A stretch of 64,000 nucleotides of DNA from an uncultured Bacteroidales bacterium. Lineage in GTDB: Bacteria > Bacteroidota > Bacteroidia > Bacteroidales > Bacteroidaceae. Both the position numbers and the translations under genes were made by a program. The notes below the pieces were generated by a model. That model was given only the letters and a program-made list of their open reading frames with translations. It was not told the DNA's origin and ran no database searches. Where the stretch lies: positions 14,747 to 78,746 of the forward strand of contig CACZCZ010000018.1 of the NCBI GenBank assembly GCA_902779845.1, in the 5' to 3' direction. Of this stretch, positions 11,878 through 21,528 are shown one piece after another; positions within the stretch are counted from its first letter, which is position 1, and each line of letters opens with the position of its first letter.

Positions 11878-13815
11878 CTAAGCATTCTCTTGATCCAGCA
11901 CTTCATATACGGAGTGCTGGCTCTTGTATTCAGGAACGATGCGCTTCATCTGCCGCACAGTCTCCATGTTGTTGAACTCATGGCTGACACGCACGAGCTC
12001 GTCTATCCACTGGCAGACTTCATCGTAGTCGTATTCGCGCACTTGCGCAATCTTTATCTTATTGTTGAAGGTGGGCAGTGTAACCTCTGCATCATTCAGC
12101 ACCTCCTCATACAGCTTCTCACCGTCGCGAAGTCCTGTGAACTGAATATCCACATTGGGGGCACCGCTCAGACGGATCATTCGGCGTGCGAGATCGGCTA
12201 TCTTCACGGGCTGTCCCATATCGAAGACAAAGATTTCGCCACCCTTGCCCATCGTACCGGCTTCCAACACCAGTTTACAAGCCTCGGGAATCAGCATGAA
12301 GTAGCGGATAATGTCGGGATGTGTCACCGTCACCGGGCCACCCTTACGAATCTGTTCACGGAAGAGCGGGATAACGGAACCGTTGGAGCCCAGCACATTG
12401 CCAAAACGCGTTGTCACGAACTGCGTCGTCTCCTTCTGTCCTGACGACTCAGCATTCAACTTGTTATGGCGGTCGAGAGATTGGACATAAATCTCGCAGA
12501 TGCGCTTGGAGCAACCCATCACGTTGGTGGGATTCACAGCCTTGTCCGTGGACACCATGACAAACTTCTTCACGCCATACTTCACCGACAAGTCAGCAAT
12601 CGTGCGCGTGCCCAAGACATTGTTAAGCACAGCCTCGCTGGGATTGTCCTCCATCATGGGGACGTGCTTATAGGCAGCAGCATGGAAGACATATTGAGGT
12701 TTGTAGGTCTTGAAGATATTCTCCATGCGATCGGCATTGGTGATGCTGGTGACAATGGTGACGGCTTCCACCTCGGGGAACTCGCGCTTCAGCATCAGTC
12801 GGATTTCATGTTGTGGCGTTTCAGCGGAGTCCACCAGAATGAGCTTCTCGGGACCGAACTGTGCTATCTGTCGCACCATCTCGGAACCAATGCTTCCTGC
12901 AGAACCCGTGATGAGAATCTTGGAACCGCTGAGCAGACGTGCCACAGCATCAAGATCTACCTCAATCTCATTACGAGGCAGCAAATCCTCAATTTCAACC
13001 TCCTTAATCTGAGAGGCGTTGATGTCGCTATGTCCGTCCCACTTCTGGCCGGTATCGAAGACATAAATGTTAATACCAGCATCCACCAGCTGGTTCACCA
13101 TTTCCTGATTTTTGATGAAGTCCTCACGTTTCAGCGGTGACACAAGAAGCGCCTTCACACCTTTGCGCTGCATGACTTCCAGCAGGTGCTCGTCGTTGCG
13201 ATACACTTCCACGCCCTGCAGCATATGACCAACCATTTCTTCTTCATCACAGACAAAACCTCTCAGCGAGAAGCGGGTGGGCAAGCCCACGTGAATGGTC
13301 TTCGCCAGCGCTATGCCACCTTCCTTGACGCCATAGATGAATGCACGGCGCAGGTTCTTATCCTCCATCACTTTCTCATACGTATATTTCATCATCACGC
13401 GCATGGTCACCATAACAGCGGTGGCCAGCAGGAAGATGAAGAAGAGTTCCTTCATGGGAATCGGCAGGAAGACCTTATCGAAATTCAGGAATGAGCGAGC
13501 AATAAAGATGCAAACGATGCCAAATAAATTAGCAAGACCTACACGATAGACATCTGCGAACGAGGAATAGCGCAACACACCTGAATAGGTGCGCATCATC
13601 CTGAATCCTGCCAAAAAGAAGAGCAGATAGATGAGCAACGTGAAGAGAATAGAGACGAAATTGTCAGCCGTAAAAGTAACGCCACGGTCCAGCGCCACAC
13701 AGAAGAAGCCAGACAACACAACGACTGCACAATCAAAAAGCAAAACGCACCAATAAGGCAAAGCCTGACGCGAGAAATACCAACTCGCTATATTTTTGAT
13801 AAAGTTCGCAACCAT
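11878..13815 (-). CDS. Polysaccharide biosynthesis protein, CapD/WbpM-like NDP-sugar 4,6-dehydratase
   Basis: N-terminal multi-TM region, then an ITGSAGSIGSE Rossmann motif and an SDR dehydratase core. Confidence 0.9.
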   Translation of the reverse strand: MVANFIKNIASWYFSRQALPYWCVLLFDCAVVVLSGFFCVALDRGVTFTADNFVSILFTLLIYLLFFLAGFRMMRTYSGVLRYSSFADVYRVGLANLFGIVCIFIARSFLNFDKVFLPIPMKELFFIFLLATAVMVTMRVMMKYTYEKVMEDKNLRRAFIYGVKEGGIALAKTIHVGLPTRFSLRGFVCDEEEMVGHMLQGVEVYRNDEHLLEVMQRKGVKALLVSPLKREDFIKNQEMVNQLVDAGINIYVFDTGQKWDGHSDINASQIKEVEIEDLLPRNEIEVDLDAVARLLSGSKILITGSAGSIGSEMVRQIAQFGPEKLILVDSAETPQHEIRLMLKREFPEVEAVTIVTSITNADRMENIFKTYKPQYVFHAAAYKHVPMMEDNPSEAVLNNVLGTRTIADLSVKYGVKKFVMVSTDKAVNPTNVMGCSKRICEIYVQSLDRHNKLNAESSGQKETTQFVTTRFGNVLGSNGSVIPLFREQIRKGGPVTVTHPDIIRYFMLIPEACKLVLEAGTMGKGGEIFVFDMGQPVKIADLARRMIRLSGAPNVDIQFTGLRDGEKLYEEVLNDAEVTLPTFNNKIKIAQVREYDYDEVCQWIDELVRVSHEFNNMETVRQMKRIVPEYKSQHSVYEVLDQENA

Positions 13816-13848
13816 ATTTATATATGCTATTCTACCAGTTTAGCGTGG

Positions 13849-13856
13849 CAAAGGTA
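13849..13856 (-). promoter_or_regulatory. -7 promoter box TACCTTTG (capD-like gene)
   Basis: TAnnTTTG match 34 nt upstream of the ATG at 13815. Confidence 0.5.
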
Positions 13857-13950
13857 GTCAATATTTTTGAGCCGACAAGTTTTTTTTCAAGGTTTTTTAT
13901 AAAAAACGAAAAAAAGATGTTAAAGCGTCACTCATGCCAATCGTTTTTTG

Positions 13951-13958
13951 TATCTTTG
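13951..13958 (+). promoter_or_regulatory. -7 promoter box TATCTTTG (nucleotidyltransferase)
   Basis: TAnnTTTG match 5 nt upstream of the ATG at 13963. Confidence 0.45.
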
Positions 13959-13962
13959 CGCC

Positions 13963-14727
13963 ATGAAACAAGCAATGCTCTTGGCGGCAGGTCTTGGCAC
14001 TCGCCTGCGCCCTCTGACCGACACGATGCCCAAGGCCCTTGTGCCTGTGGCAGGCCAACCCCTACTCTATCATGTTCTCCTTCGTTTGAAGGCTGCGGGC
14101 TTTGAGCGCGTGGTTGTCAATGTCCATCATTTTGGCGAACAGATTATCGACTATCTGGCTGCCAACGACAACTTTGGCATTGATGTCCGCGTCAGCGACG
14201 AGCGCGGTCTGCTTCTGGACACTGGTGGTGGCATTCGCAAGGCGGCTCCGCTCTTCGACACCGACAGCCCCGTCTTCATCCACAACGTTGACATCCTCTC
14301 CGACCTCGACATTGCAGCCCTCTACGCTGCCTACGAGCAAGCTGGCGACATTGACGCGGCCCTCGTGGTATCGCCCCGTCACACGCCGCGACAGCTGCAG
14401 TTCGAGCCAACCACACACCGTCTGCTCGGCTGGCAGAACACCCAGACAGGTGAACTCCGTGGTCCGCTGGCCGAAATGCTCCAAGGCGCTACGACCGTGC
14501 CTGCAGACGTCGCCATTCCATTGGCTTTTGCCGGCATACACCTGATTTCCCCACGTCTCTTCCCGCTCATGGCAGACTATCCGGAGAAGTTCTCCATCAT
14601 CACGTTCTACCTGAACATCTGCGGTTCCCACAAGCTCGTCGGCTATGAGCAGCCTCACTTCCGTTTCATGGACGCCGGGAAACTCGACACCCTTGCCACT
14701 GCTGAAGAATTCCTCAAAAACCTATAA
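13963..14727 (+). CDS. Sugar-phosphate nucleotidyltransferase
   Basis: LAAGLGTRLRPLT signature. TATCTTTG box at 13951-13958, so the mRNA is nearly leaderless. The second ATG at 13975 is an alternative start. Confidence 0.8.
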   Translation: MKQAMLLAAGLGTRLRPLTDTMPKALVPVAGQPLLYHVLLRLKAAGFERVVVNVHHFGEQIIDYLAANDNFGIDVRVSDERGLLLDTGGGIRKAAPLFDTDSPVFIHNVDILSDLDIAALYAAYEQAGDIDAALVVSPRHTPRQLQFEPTTHRLLGWQNTQTGELRGPLAEMLQGATTVPADVAIPLAFAGIHLISPRLFPLMADYPEKFSIITFYLNICGSHKLVGYEQPHFRFMDAGKLDTLATAEEFLKNL

Positions 14728-14733
14728 GGTCTT

Positions 14734-16338
14734 ATGCAAAAAATCATCATCCTCGATTTCGGATCACAGACCACACAGCTCATCGCCCGTCGTGTGCGTG
14801 AACTGGACACTTTCTGCGAGATCCTGCCCTACAACAAGTTCCCACAGGACGACCCTGATGTCATCGGTGTAATCCTCAGTGGTTCACCCTTCTCGGTCTA
14901 TGACCCCGAGGCCTTCAAGATCGACCTCTCCATGCTCCGTGGCCGCTATCCTATCCTCGGCATCTGCTATGGCGCACAGTTCATCAGCCACACCCTCGGA
15001 GGTCGCGTGGAGCCTGCCCCCAGTCGCGAATACGGTCGTCAGCACCTGACCACCATCGACCTCGGCAACCCCCTCTTTGAGGGTTTCGAGATGGGTTCAC
15101 AGGTGTGGATGAGCCATGGCGACACCATCACCGCCATCCCTGAAGGCTTCCAGTGCATCGCCTCTACCGCATCCGTGAAGTACGCCGCCTACTATTGCCC
15201 TCAGCCCTCAGCTCGTCCCAGCGGGACGCTTGACCCCTCAGCCCTCAGCCCTCAGCCTTCAGCCCTCTGCCCCATCTGGGGTGTTCAGTTCCATCCCGAA
15301 GTCTTCCACAGCACTCAGGGTTCCCTGCTTCTGAAGAACTTCGTTGTGAACATCTGCGGCAGCAGACAGGAGTGGAGTGCAGCCTCCTTCGTAGATACCA
15401 CGGTAGCCGAGCTGAAGCAACAGCTGGGCAATGACCGCGTCATCCTGGGTCTCTCCGGAGGTGTTGACAGCAGCGTTGCCGCCGTGCTCATCAGCCGGGC
15501 CATTGGCAACCGTCTCACCTGTATCTTCGTCGATCATGGCATGCTCCGCAAGAACGAGTTCTCACAGGTCATGGAGGACTACAAAGTGCTCGGCCTGAAT
15601 GTCATCGGCGTCGATGCTTCAGAGAAGTTCTTTGCCGACTTAGCCGGTGTCACAGAACCCGAGCAGAAGCGCAAGATCATCGGTCGCGACTTCGTGGAAG
15701 TCTTCAATGCCGAAGCAAAGAAAATTACAGACGCACGCTGGCTGGCTCAGGGCACTATCTACCCCGACCGTATCGAATCCCTCAACATCACAGGCAAGGT
15801 CATCAAGAGCCATCACAATGTCGGCGGCCTGCCCAAAGAGATGAACTTGCAGCTCTGCGAGCCCCTGAAGTGGTTGTTTAAGGATGAGGTGCGACGCGTT
15901 GGACGTCAGCTTGGTATGCCCGACCACCTCATCAACCGTCATCCCTTCCCCGGTCCCGGTTTGGCCGTCCGCATTCTTGGCGACATCACCCCTGAGCGCG
16001 TTCGCATTCTTCAGGATGCCGACGACATATATATTCGCGCCATGCGCGAATACGTCTGTGAAGACGGCGAGAAACTTTACGACAAAGTGTGGCAGGCCGG
16101 TGCCATCCTCCTTGCCACCGTCCGCAGCGTTGGCGTGATGGGCGATGAGCGCACATACGAGCACCCCGTAGCCCTGCGTGCTGTCACCTCCACCGATGCG
16201 ATGACCGCCGACTGGGCACACCTCCCCTACGACTTTATGGCGCGTGTCAGCACAGACATCATCAACCACGTCCGTGGTGTCAACCGTGTCTGCTACGACA
16301 TCTCCTCCAAGCCGCCAGCCACCATCGAGTGGGAATAA
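14734..16338 (+). CDS. guaA: GMP synthase (glutamine-hydrolysing)
   Basis: GATase (GICYGAQ, VQFHPEV), ATP-PPase (GLSGGVDSS) and a C-terminal dimerisation domain ending in TIEWE. Repeat-derived insert at 15199-15272. Confidence 0.95.
   Translation: MQKIIILDFGSQTTQLIARRVRELDTFCEILPYNKFPQDDPDVIGVILSGSPFSVYDPEAFKIDLSMLRGRYPILGICYGAQFISHTLGGRVEPAPSREYGRQHLTTIDLGNPLFEGFEMGSQVWMSHGDTITAIPEGFQCIASTASVKYAAYYCPQPSARPSGTLDPSALSPQPSALCPIWGVQFHPEVFHSTQGSLLLKNFVVNICGSRQEWSAASFVDTTVAELKQQLGNDRVILGLSGGVDSSVAAVLISRAIGNRLTCIFVDHGMLRKNEFSQVMEDYKVLGLNVIGVDASEKFFADLAGVTEPEQKRKIIGRDFVEVFNAEAKKITDARWLAQGTIYPDRIESLNITGKVIKSHHNVGGLPKEMNLQLCEPLKWLFKDEVRRVGRQLGMPDHLINRHPFPGPGLAVRILGDITPERVRILQDADDIYIRAMREYVCEDGEKLYDKVWQAGAILLATVRSVGVMGDERTYEHPVALRAVTSTDAMTADWAHLPYDFMARVSTDIINHVRGVNRVCYDISSKPPATIEWE
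15199..15272. repeat. Repeat-derived in-frame insert in guaA
   Basis: GCTCGTCCCAGCGGGACGCTTGACCCCTCA (15211-15240) flanked by (CCCTCAG)n. Encodes [25 protein letters not shown] just before the conserved [10 protein letters not shown]. Confidence 0.9.
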
Positions 16339-16347
16339 GGGAATCGG

Positions 16348-17937
16348 TTACTCGGTGTATTCGTAGCAACCCGCATCAGGACCATTGTCTGTGCTGCGGT
16401 TGCGACCACGGCGATCCAAGGGCCAATCCACGACATAAGCGGGATTTGCCATCTCACGGATCTGCGAATCCGAGACAGGAGTAAAATCATATATGAGAGC
16501 ATGCGTGTCCATGAGCAAGAAATTCTTGTCATGGGCACGTTCGCTTTGTGGGTCGTCATACACGCAACCTACAAAACGATCCACGAACTCGGCACCTGTG
16601 GGAATCTCAGTAGCCAGGAAACAATTGATGAAATGATAGTTCTCCTCGGCCTGGCTGACATCCGCCGGCAGGGCGGCGGGGTCCATCCATTCGCCCATAA
16701 CCACATCATCGGAATAGCCTGTGATGACGCAGTTGACGAAGTCGCCACGGTGCAGTGCGTGGTATTTGCCATCGTACACATTGGCAATATGCAGCGCGTT
16801 GCCGCGGTTTGCATCTAAGGGATAGAACTGTGCCAGCGTGCAGAAGGTGAAGGTGGCATCGCCGCCCACGACATCCACACAATGTCCGAGCGTATTGGAA
16901 ATCTCTGTGTTGGCCACGGTTACACGGCTGTCATACAGGACCAGTCCCGGGCCTTTGGTGTTGGTGATAGCGCTGTTCGTCAGCGTCATCTTCACGGGCG
17001 TCTCGTCCGTGACGGGTTTCATGTCGGCATCCTTCTCGGGCAGCGCACACACGATGCCATACGTGCCGCCGTGGATGTCTGCATAGTTCAGTTCATTGCC
17101 CAGGCTCTTACTCGTCACGGTGATACCCTGCCAGCGTCCGGGCAGGCGGTCGTAAGGCAAGTAGTCAAAGATATGGTCTGTGCGGTCGCCGCGGAACACG
17201 ACGGGGTTCTCCAGCGTACCTTGAACCACGAGGCGTCCGTCAACGGTCATCCCTGCATCGTCGTGGAAAAGCAGGTGCGTGCCGGCCTCCATCGTCAGGG
17301 TGGCGCCCTCCGCCACTGTGAGCCCTCCACTCACCAGAATAGGACGGCGAGCAGAGAGTGTCGTGTCAGCCGTCAGTGTGCGAGCTTTGAGGTAGAACGC
17401 ATCCTGTCCCACAGCGCTCAACGTCACCTGTTGCACGACACCGCTCTCCAGCGTAAAAACAAGCTGGTCGCTCACAGGCTTGGGGTCGTCGGAGTTCCAT
17501 TCCGGCACGGTCACCTCAGCGCGTACCATGATGCTGTCGCGGCGGCGCACTTCGAAGTCTGTGACACGGTTATCCACCGTTCGGCTCATGTCCTGACCGT
17601 CGATATTGATGCGGAAGGGGCTATCAGCACCACCGGCCAGACGTACCTCTCTGATACGCAGGCCCGCATCGCCACGGTTAAAGACGGTGAGTGTCTTCGT
17701 GGCTGACGGGCACGTGGTGATAAGCGTGTCGAACACCACCTTGTCCATGCTGAACTGCAGCACAGCAGAGCGGTCGGTGGTGAATTTGTCATAGTCATCG
17801 CAGGAAATCAAAGAGTGAAAAATGAATGAATGAAAAATGAAAAATACGAATAACCTAAGCGCTCTGTTGAAACGCTTACAAATCAAAGTATTCCTATCGT
17901 ATATCATCTTTTTATTTTTCATTCTTTCATTTTTCAC
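16348..17937 (-). CDS. Hypothetical lipoprotein (possible beta-helix fold)
   Basis: Long ORF convergent with guaA. It has a lipobox-like ...FHSLISC-DDYD. The start is uncertain (ATGs at 17937, 17922 and 17907 all lie within a repeat array). Confidence 0.6.
   Translation of the reverse strand: MKNERMKNKKMIYDRNTLICKRFNRALRLFVFFIFHSFIFHSLISCDDYDKFTTDRSAVLQFSMDKVVFDTLITTCPSATKTLTVFNRGDAGLRIREVRLAGGADSPFRINIDGQDMSRTVDNRVTDFEVRRRDSIMVRAEVTVPEWNSDDPKPVSDQLVFTLESGVVQQVTLSAVGQDAFYLKARTLTADTTLSARRPILVSGGLTVAEGATLTMEAGTHLLFHDDAGMTVDGRLVVQGTLENPVVFRGDRTDHIFDYLPYDRLPGRWQGITVTSKSLGNELNYADIHGGTYGIVCALPEKDADMKPVTDETPVKMTLTNSAITNTKGPGLVLYDSRVTVANTEISNTLGHCVDVVGGDATFTFCTLAQFYPLDANRGNALHIANVYDGKYHALHRGDFVNCVITGYSDDVVMGEWMDPAALPADVSQAEENYHFINCFLATEIPTGAEFVDRFVGCVYDDPQSERAHDKNFLLMDTHALIYDFTPVSDSQIREMANPAYVVDWPLDRRGRNRSTDNGPDAGCYEYTE
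17813..17846. repeat. GTGAAAA/ATGAATG array (arm 1), coding for the lipoprotein signal-peptide core
   Basis: gagtgaaaaatgaatgaatgaaaaatgaaaaat. The minus strand encodes FIFHSFIFHS. Confidence 0.9.
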
Positions 17938-17998
17938 TCTTCACTCCTTAACTTTTCATCCTTTAATTTTTCACTTTTCACTCTTTAACTTTTCACTC
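17909..17998. repeat. TTTTCAC/TTTTCAT array (arm 2, inverted relative to arm 1)
   Basis: tttttatttttcattctttcatttttcactcttcactccttaacttttcatcctttaatttttcacttttcactctttaacttttcactctt. Confidence 0.9.
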
Positions 17999-19444
17999 TT
18001 ATATGTTTTCCAGAATAGCCAGCAAGTGTTTCCAGACCATCTCTACGGTAGGAATCAGCAGGCGCTCATCGGGAGAGTGTACGCCACGCAGGGTCGGGCC
18101 GAAGCTGACCATGTCCAGTCCAGGGTACTTCTCCGAGAAGAGACCGCACTCGAGGCCGGCGTGGATGCCGCGTACTACAGGTTCTTTCTTGAAGAGGCGC
18201 ACATACTGTTCGCGGGCAATGCGCAGAAGCTCGCTCTTCGGATTCATCGCCCATCCCGGGTAGCCCTCGCCTATCTCCACCTCGGCACCGGCCAACTCAA
18301 AGACCGCAGCCACGGTGTTGGCCATATTCTGTCGGTTGCTCAGCAGCGAGCTGCGCTGGCTGCTGTTGATGAAGATGACACCGGGCTCCACCTGTTTGAT
18401 GCTGGCCAGGTTGGAGCTGGTCTCCACGAGCGCGATATCCTGACTCATGGCATACACGCCATTGTCCACAGCCTGCAGGGCCGTGATAAGGCGGCAGTTG
18501 GCATCCTCGGGCAGCACGGTAGCGGCAGCTTCAGCGCTCTCCAGCACGAACTCCATCGTCTTCTCGGTGACGCTGAATTCCTCTTCCACTTCCGCTGCAA
18601 AGACGTTCCAATCTACGCGCGCCTGTTCCTTATATTTATTAGGAATACAAACCAGACACGTGGCCTCGCGCGGAATGGCGTTGTGAAGGCCGCCTGCCTG
18701 GATGTCGCTCAGTCGCAGTCCCCATTTCTTCATGCCATTGTAGAGGAAGCGGGCCAGCAGCTTGTTGGCATTGGCACGCTTCTTGTCGATGTCGTCGCCG
18801 CTGTGTCCGCCCGTCAGCCCTTTGATGGTCAGTCGCAGGAAGAAAGCCCCTGCAGGAGCAGCCTCGGGCGTAAAGCGGAACGTGACAGCCGTGCGGCAGC
18901 CGCCGGCACAGCTCACGAAGATCTCGCCTTCGTCCTCTGAGTCCAGGTTGATGAGCATCTGTCCGGTCATGAAACCCGACTGCATTCCCTCGGCACCTGT
19001 CAGGCCCGTCTCCTCGTCGCGTGTGAACACGCACTCCAGCGGCCCGTGCTTCAGGCTGTTGTCAGCCAGGATGGCCATCTCCATGGCGCAGCCGATACCG
19101 TCGTCGGCGCCCAGCGTCGTACCCTTCGCCTTCATCCATTCGCCGTCGATATAGGTCTGGATGCCATCAGTGTCGAAATTGAAGTCCACGTCGTTATTCT
19201 TCTCACACACCATATCCATGTGGCTCTGCAGGATGACTGTGGGTTTCTGCTCCATGCCCTTGCTGGCAGGCTTGCGGATGAGCACATTGCCAGTCTCATC
19301 GACTTTCGTCTCCAAGCCCAGGCTCTCGCCAAAGTCTTTCAAGAACGCAATCATCTTTTCCTCGCGCTTCGAGGGACGAGGCACTTTATTGATTCGAGCG
19401 AACATCTCGAACACCGCAGCGGGTTTCAATTCGATTTTTTCCAT
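17999..19444 (-). CDS. pepD: Aminoacyl-histidine dipeptidase (M20 family, PepD-like)
   Basis: PRPSKREEKM...LQSHMDMV and M20 metal-ligand regions. 481 aa. Confidence 0.9.
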   Translation of the reverse strand: MEKIELKPAAVFEMFARINKVPRPSKREEKMIAFLKDFGESLGLETKVDETGNVLIRKPASKGMEQKPTVILQSHMDMVCEKNNDVDFNFDTDGIQTYIDGEWMKAKGTTLGADDGIGCAMEMAILADNSLKHGPLECVFTRDEETGLTGAEGMQSGFMTGQMLINLDSEDEGEIFVSCAGGCRTAVTFRFTPEAAPAGAFFLRLTIKGLTGGHSGDDIDKKRANANKLLARFLYNGMKKWGLRLSDIQAGGLHNAIPREATCLVCIPNKYKEQARVDWNVFAAEVEEEFSVTEKTMEFVLESAEAAATVLPEDANCRLITALQAVDNGVYAMSQDIALVETSSNLASIKQVEPGVIFINSSQRSSLLSNRQNMANTVAAVFELAGAEVEIGEGYPGWAMNPKSELLRIAREQYVRLFKKEPVVRGIHAGLECGLFSEKYPGLDMVSFGPTLRGVHSPDERLLIPTVEMVWKHLLAILENI

Positions 19445-19506
19445 TTGAATATTGCTAATTTAGGTTAAAGTCTGTTGATTACTGCGCTCAACACATAAGT
19501 TTGATG

Positions 19507-19514
19507 TATCTTTG
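19507..19514 (+). promoter_or_regulatory. -7 promoter box TATCTTTG (small membrane protein / ompH)
   Basis: TAnnTTTG match 31 nt upstream of the ATG at 19545. Confidence 0.5.
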
Positions 19515-19544
19515 CACAGTTTTATATAAAATATAACGCAGAAG

Positions 19545-19772
19545 ATGACGAAATTATTGCTCATTACAGCCGGAATTGTTGCGATTGCAGTGCTGTTGTT
19601 GGCCCTCAAGCTCCTGATAAAAGGCGACGCGCGCGGTCCTATGACACACATCGGAGCCTCCAAGGCGATGCGTGAGCGCGGCATCCACTGCGTCGAGAGC
19701 ATGGACGCCATCGAGCGCCACCAGAAAGCTACCAAGCCGCATGCGAGGGAGTTTGTGAAGAATGATGAATGA
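19545..19772 (+). CDS. Small membrane protein, hypothetical
   Basis: 75-aa ORF with one TM helix. TATCTTTG box at 19507-19514 lies 31 nt upstream of the ATG. Confidence 0.5.
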   Translation: MTKLLLITAGIVAIAVLLLALKLLIKGDARGPMTHIGASKAMRERGIHCVESMDAIERHQKATKPHAREFVKNDE

Positions 19773-19795
19773 AAAATGAAGAATTATAAGTGAAT
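19756..19795. repeat. GTGAAGA/ATGAATG/ATGAAGA array
   Basis: gtgaagaatgatgaatgaaaaatgaagaattataagtgaa. Overlaps the last codons of the 75-aa ORF. Confidence 0.8.
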
Positions 19796-19821
19796 CGATA
19801 ATTAAAAATTATACAACATCA

Positions 19822-20430
19822 ATGAAGAAAATCTATTTTCTTGCACTCGGCGCCATGATTGCGCTGAACGCTTGCAACAACAAAGAAGCTGAAACAGAAA
19901 CCGAAGAAGTAACTCCTGTCGAGCAGGATGGCACAGGCCTCAAAATCGCCTACATCGAAATCGACAGCCTGATGAGCCAGTACCAGTTCTGCACCGATTA
20001 CAACCTGCTGCTCAACCAGAAGGGCGACAACGCCGCCAAGCTCTTGCAGCAGAAGCAGCGCGCACTCCAGCAGCACGCCGCCGAGCTCCAGAAGAAGTAT
20101 GAGAGCAACGGCTTCACCACGCGCGATGAACTCGAGCGTGCCCAGAACCAGCTCGCCAAGGAACAGCAGGATCTCGCCGAACTCGACCAGCGTCTGACCA
20201 GCGAACTCGCCGCCGAGAACGCCAAGCTCAACGCTGAGCTGCGCGACAGCATCCAGGCATTCCTGAAGGTCTATAACAAGACCAAGAAGTACGACTACAT
20301 CATGTCCAAGCTGGGCGACAACCTGTTGTGGGCCAACAAGAAATACGACATCACCAAGGAAGTCATCGCCGGCCTCAACAAGCGCTACAAGAAAGCCAAG
20401 CCCGCCGAAGCAAAGGACGAGAAGAAATAA
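19822..20430 (+). CDS. OmpH/Skp-family periplasmic chaperone
   Basis: Signal peptide with lipobox (LNAC) and a long coiled-coil segment rich in Q, E, K and L. Confidence 0.8.
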   Translation: MKKIYFLALGAMIALNACNNKEAETETEEVTPVEQDGTGLKIAYIEIDSLMSQYQFCTDYNLLLNQKGDNAAKLLQQKQRALQQHAAELQKKYESNGFTTRDELERAQNQLAKEQQDLAELDQRLTSELAAENAKLNAELRDSIQAFLKVYNKTKKYDYIMSKLGDNLLWANKKYDITKEVIAGLNKRYKKAKPAEAKDEKK

Positions 20431-20466
20431 CCCACACACCGCGCCCCACCGTGGCGCCCCCACTCC

Positions 20467-21306
20467 ATGAAATATCTGGAACTCACCTTCCATATCACCC
20501 CCTACAACGAGGCGGCAGCAGATGTGCTGACCGCCTTGTTGGCCGATGTAGGTTGCGACACCTTCCTCCCTTCGGACACCGGCCTCACCGCCTACATCCT
20601 GCAGGACGCCTACGACGAAGTCGCCATCCGCGACGCCGTCTCCAACACCCTCGCCCTCTTCCCGGTTACGGTTCCTGAGGGCTCTCCCGAAGGTTTAACC
20701 ATCACCTTCACTGCCGCCCCTGCCCCCGATGAGAACTGGAACGCCACCTGGGAAGCCGAGCACCACTTCGAGCCCATCACGCTCCCCGACGGCCAGCTCC
20801 TGCACATCATACCCCGTCAGGCCTTTGGCAGCGGCGAGCACGCCACCACACGTCTGATGCTGGGCCTGCTCTCCGACCTCGCCCCCCTCGCTGACACCAC
20901 CGTCATCGATGCCGGTTGTGGCACCGGCATCCTCGGCATCGCAGCCCTGAAACTTGGCGCCGCTCATGTCTTCGCCTACGACATCGATGAATGGAGCGTG
21001 CGCAACGCCCAGGACAACTACGCCCTCAACGGCTGCGAGGCTGAGATTGCCCTCGGCGATGCCAGCTGCCTTGCCGCCGCGCCGCAGGCCGACATCCTCC
21101 TGGCCAACATCAACCGCAACATCCTCCTGGCCGACCTCCCCGCCTTCGCCTCGCATCTGAAGCCCGCCGGCCACCTCCTCCTCTCCGGCTTCTACGAGGC
21201 CGACATCCCCGTCCTCACCGATGCCGCCACCGCCCTCGGCCTCACCCTCTGTGACACCCGTTCCGACGGTGATTGGCGCGCACTGCACTTTCAAATTGAG
21301 AATTGA
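20467..21306 (+). CDS. prmA: Ribosomal protein L11 methyltransferase
   Basis: FGSGEHATTRL and VIDAGCGTGILGIAA SAM-binding motifs. Confidence 0.9.
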   Translation: MKYLELTFHITPYNEAAADVLTALLADVGCDTFLPSDTGLTAYILQDAYDEVAIRDAVSNTLALFPVTVPEGSPEGLTITFTAAPAPDENWNATWEAEHHFEPITLPDGQLLHIIPRQAFGSGEHATTRLMLGLLSDLAPLADTTVIDAGCGTGILGIAALKLGAAHVFAYDIDEWSVRNAQDNYALNGCEAEIALGDASCLAAAPQADILLANINRNILLADLPAFASHLKPAGHLLLSGFYEADIPVLTDAATALGLTLCDTRSDGDWRALHFQIEN

Positions 21307-21365
21307 AGCGGCCAGGCAATAGTCGAAATAACGTTATAACAAAATACCGATATTACGAGGCCGCT

Positions 21366-21513
21366 AAACCCTTGAACTCCTTGAACTCTTAAACTCCTTA
21401 AACTCCTTAAACCCACTTAACCCTTAACCCTAAACCCTTAACCATTAACCCTTAACCCTAAACCCTAAACCCTAAACCCTTAACCGTAAGCCCTTAACCC
21501 TCAACCCTCAACC
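21366..21513. repeat. CTTGAACT / CCCTTAA / CCCTAAA / CCCTCAA array (telomere-like heptamers)
   Basis: Read directly. Includes ccctaaaccctaaaccctaaaccc and cccttaacccttaaccc. Confidence 0.95.
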
Positions 21514-21514
21514 G

Positions 21515-21524
21515 CCCCCCCCCC
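21515..21524. repeat. Poly-C tract (C10) 4 nt upstream of the fbp ATG
   Basis: accg-cccccccccc-tgcc-ATG. Confidence 0.9.
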
Positions 21525-21528
21525 TGCC

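Noticed and set aside
21366-21513. (CCCTAAA)n and (CCCTTAA)n runs resembling eukaryotic telomeres, which might suggest contamination or a linear replicon end.
   Set aside because: They are embedded between two ordinary bacterial genes (prmA and fbp) and intermixed with the other heptamer families found throughout the window, so they are part of the same repeat phenomenon.
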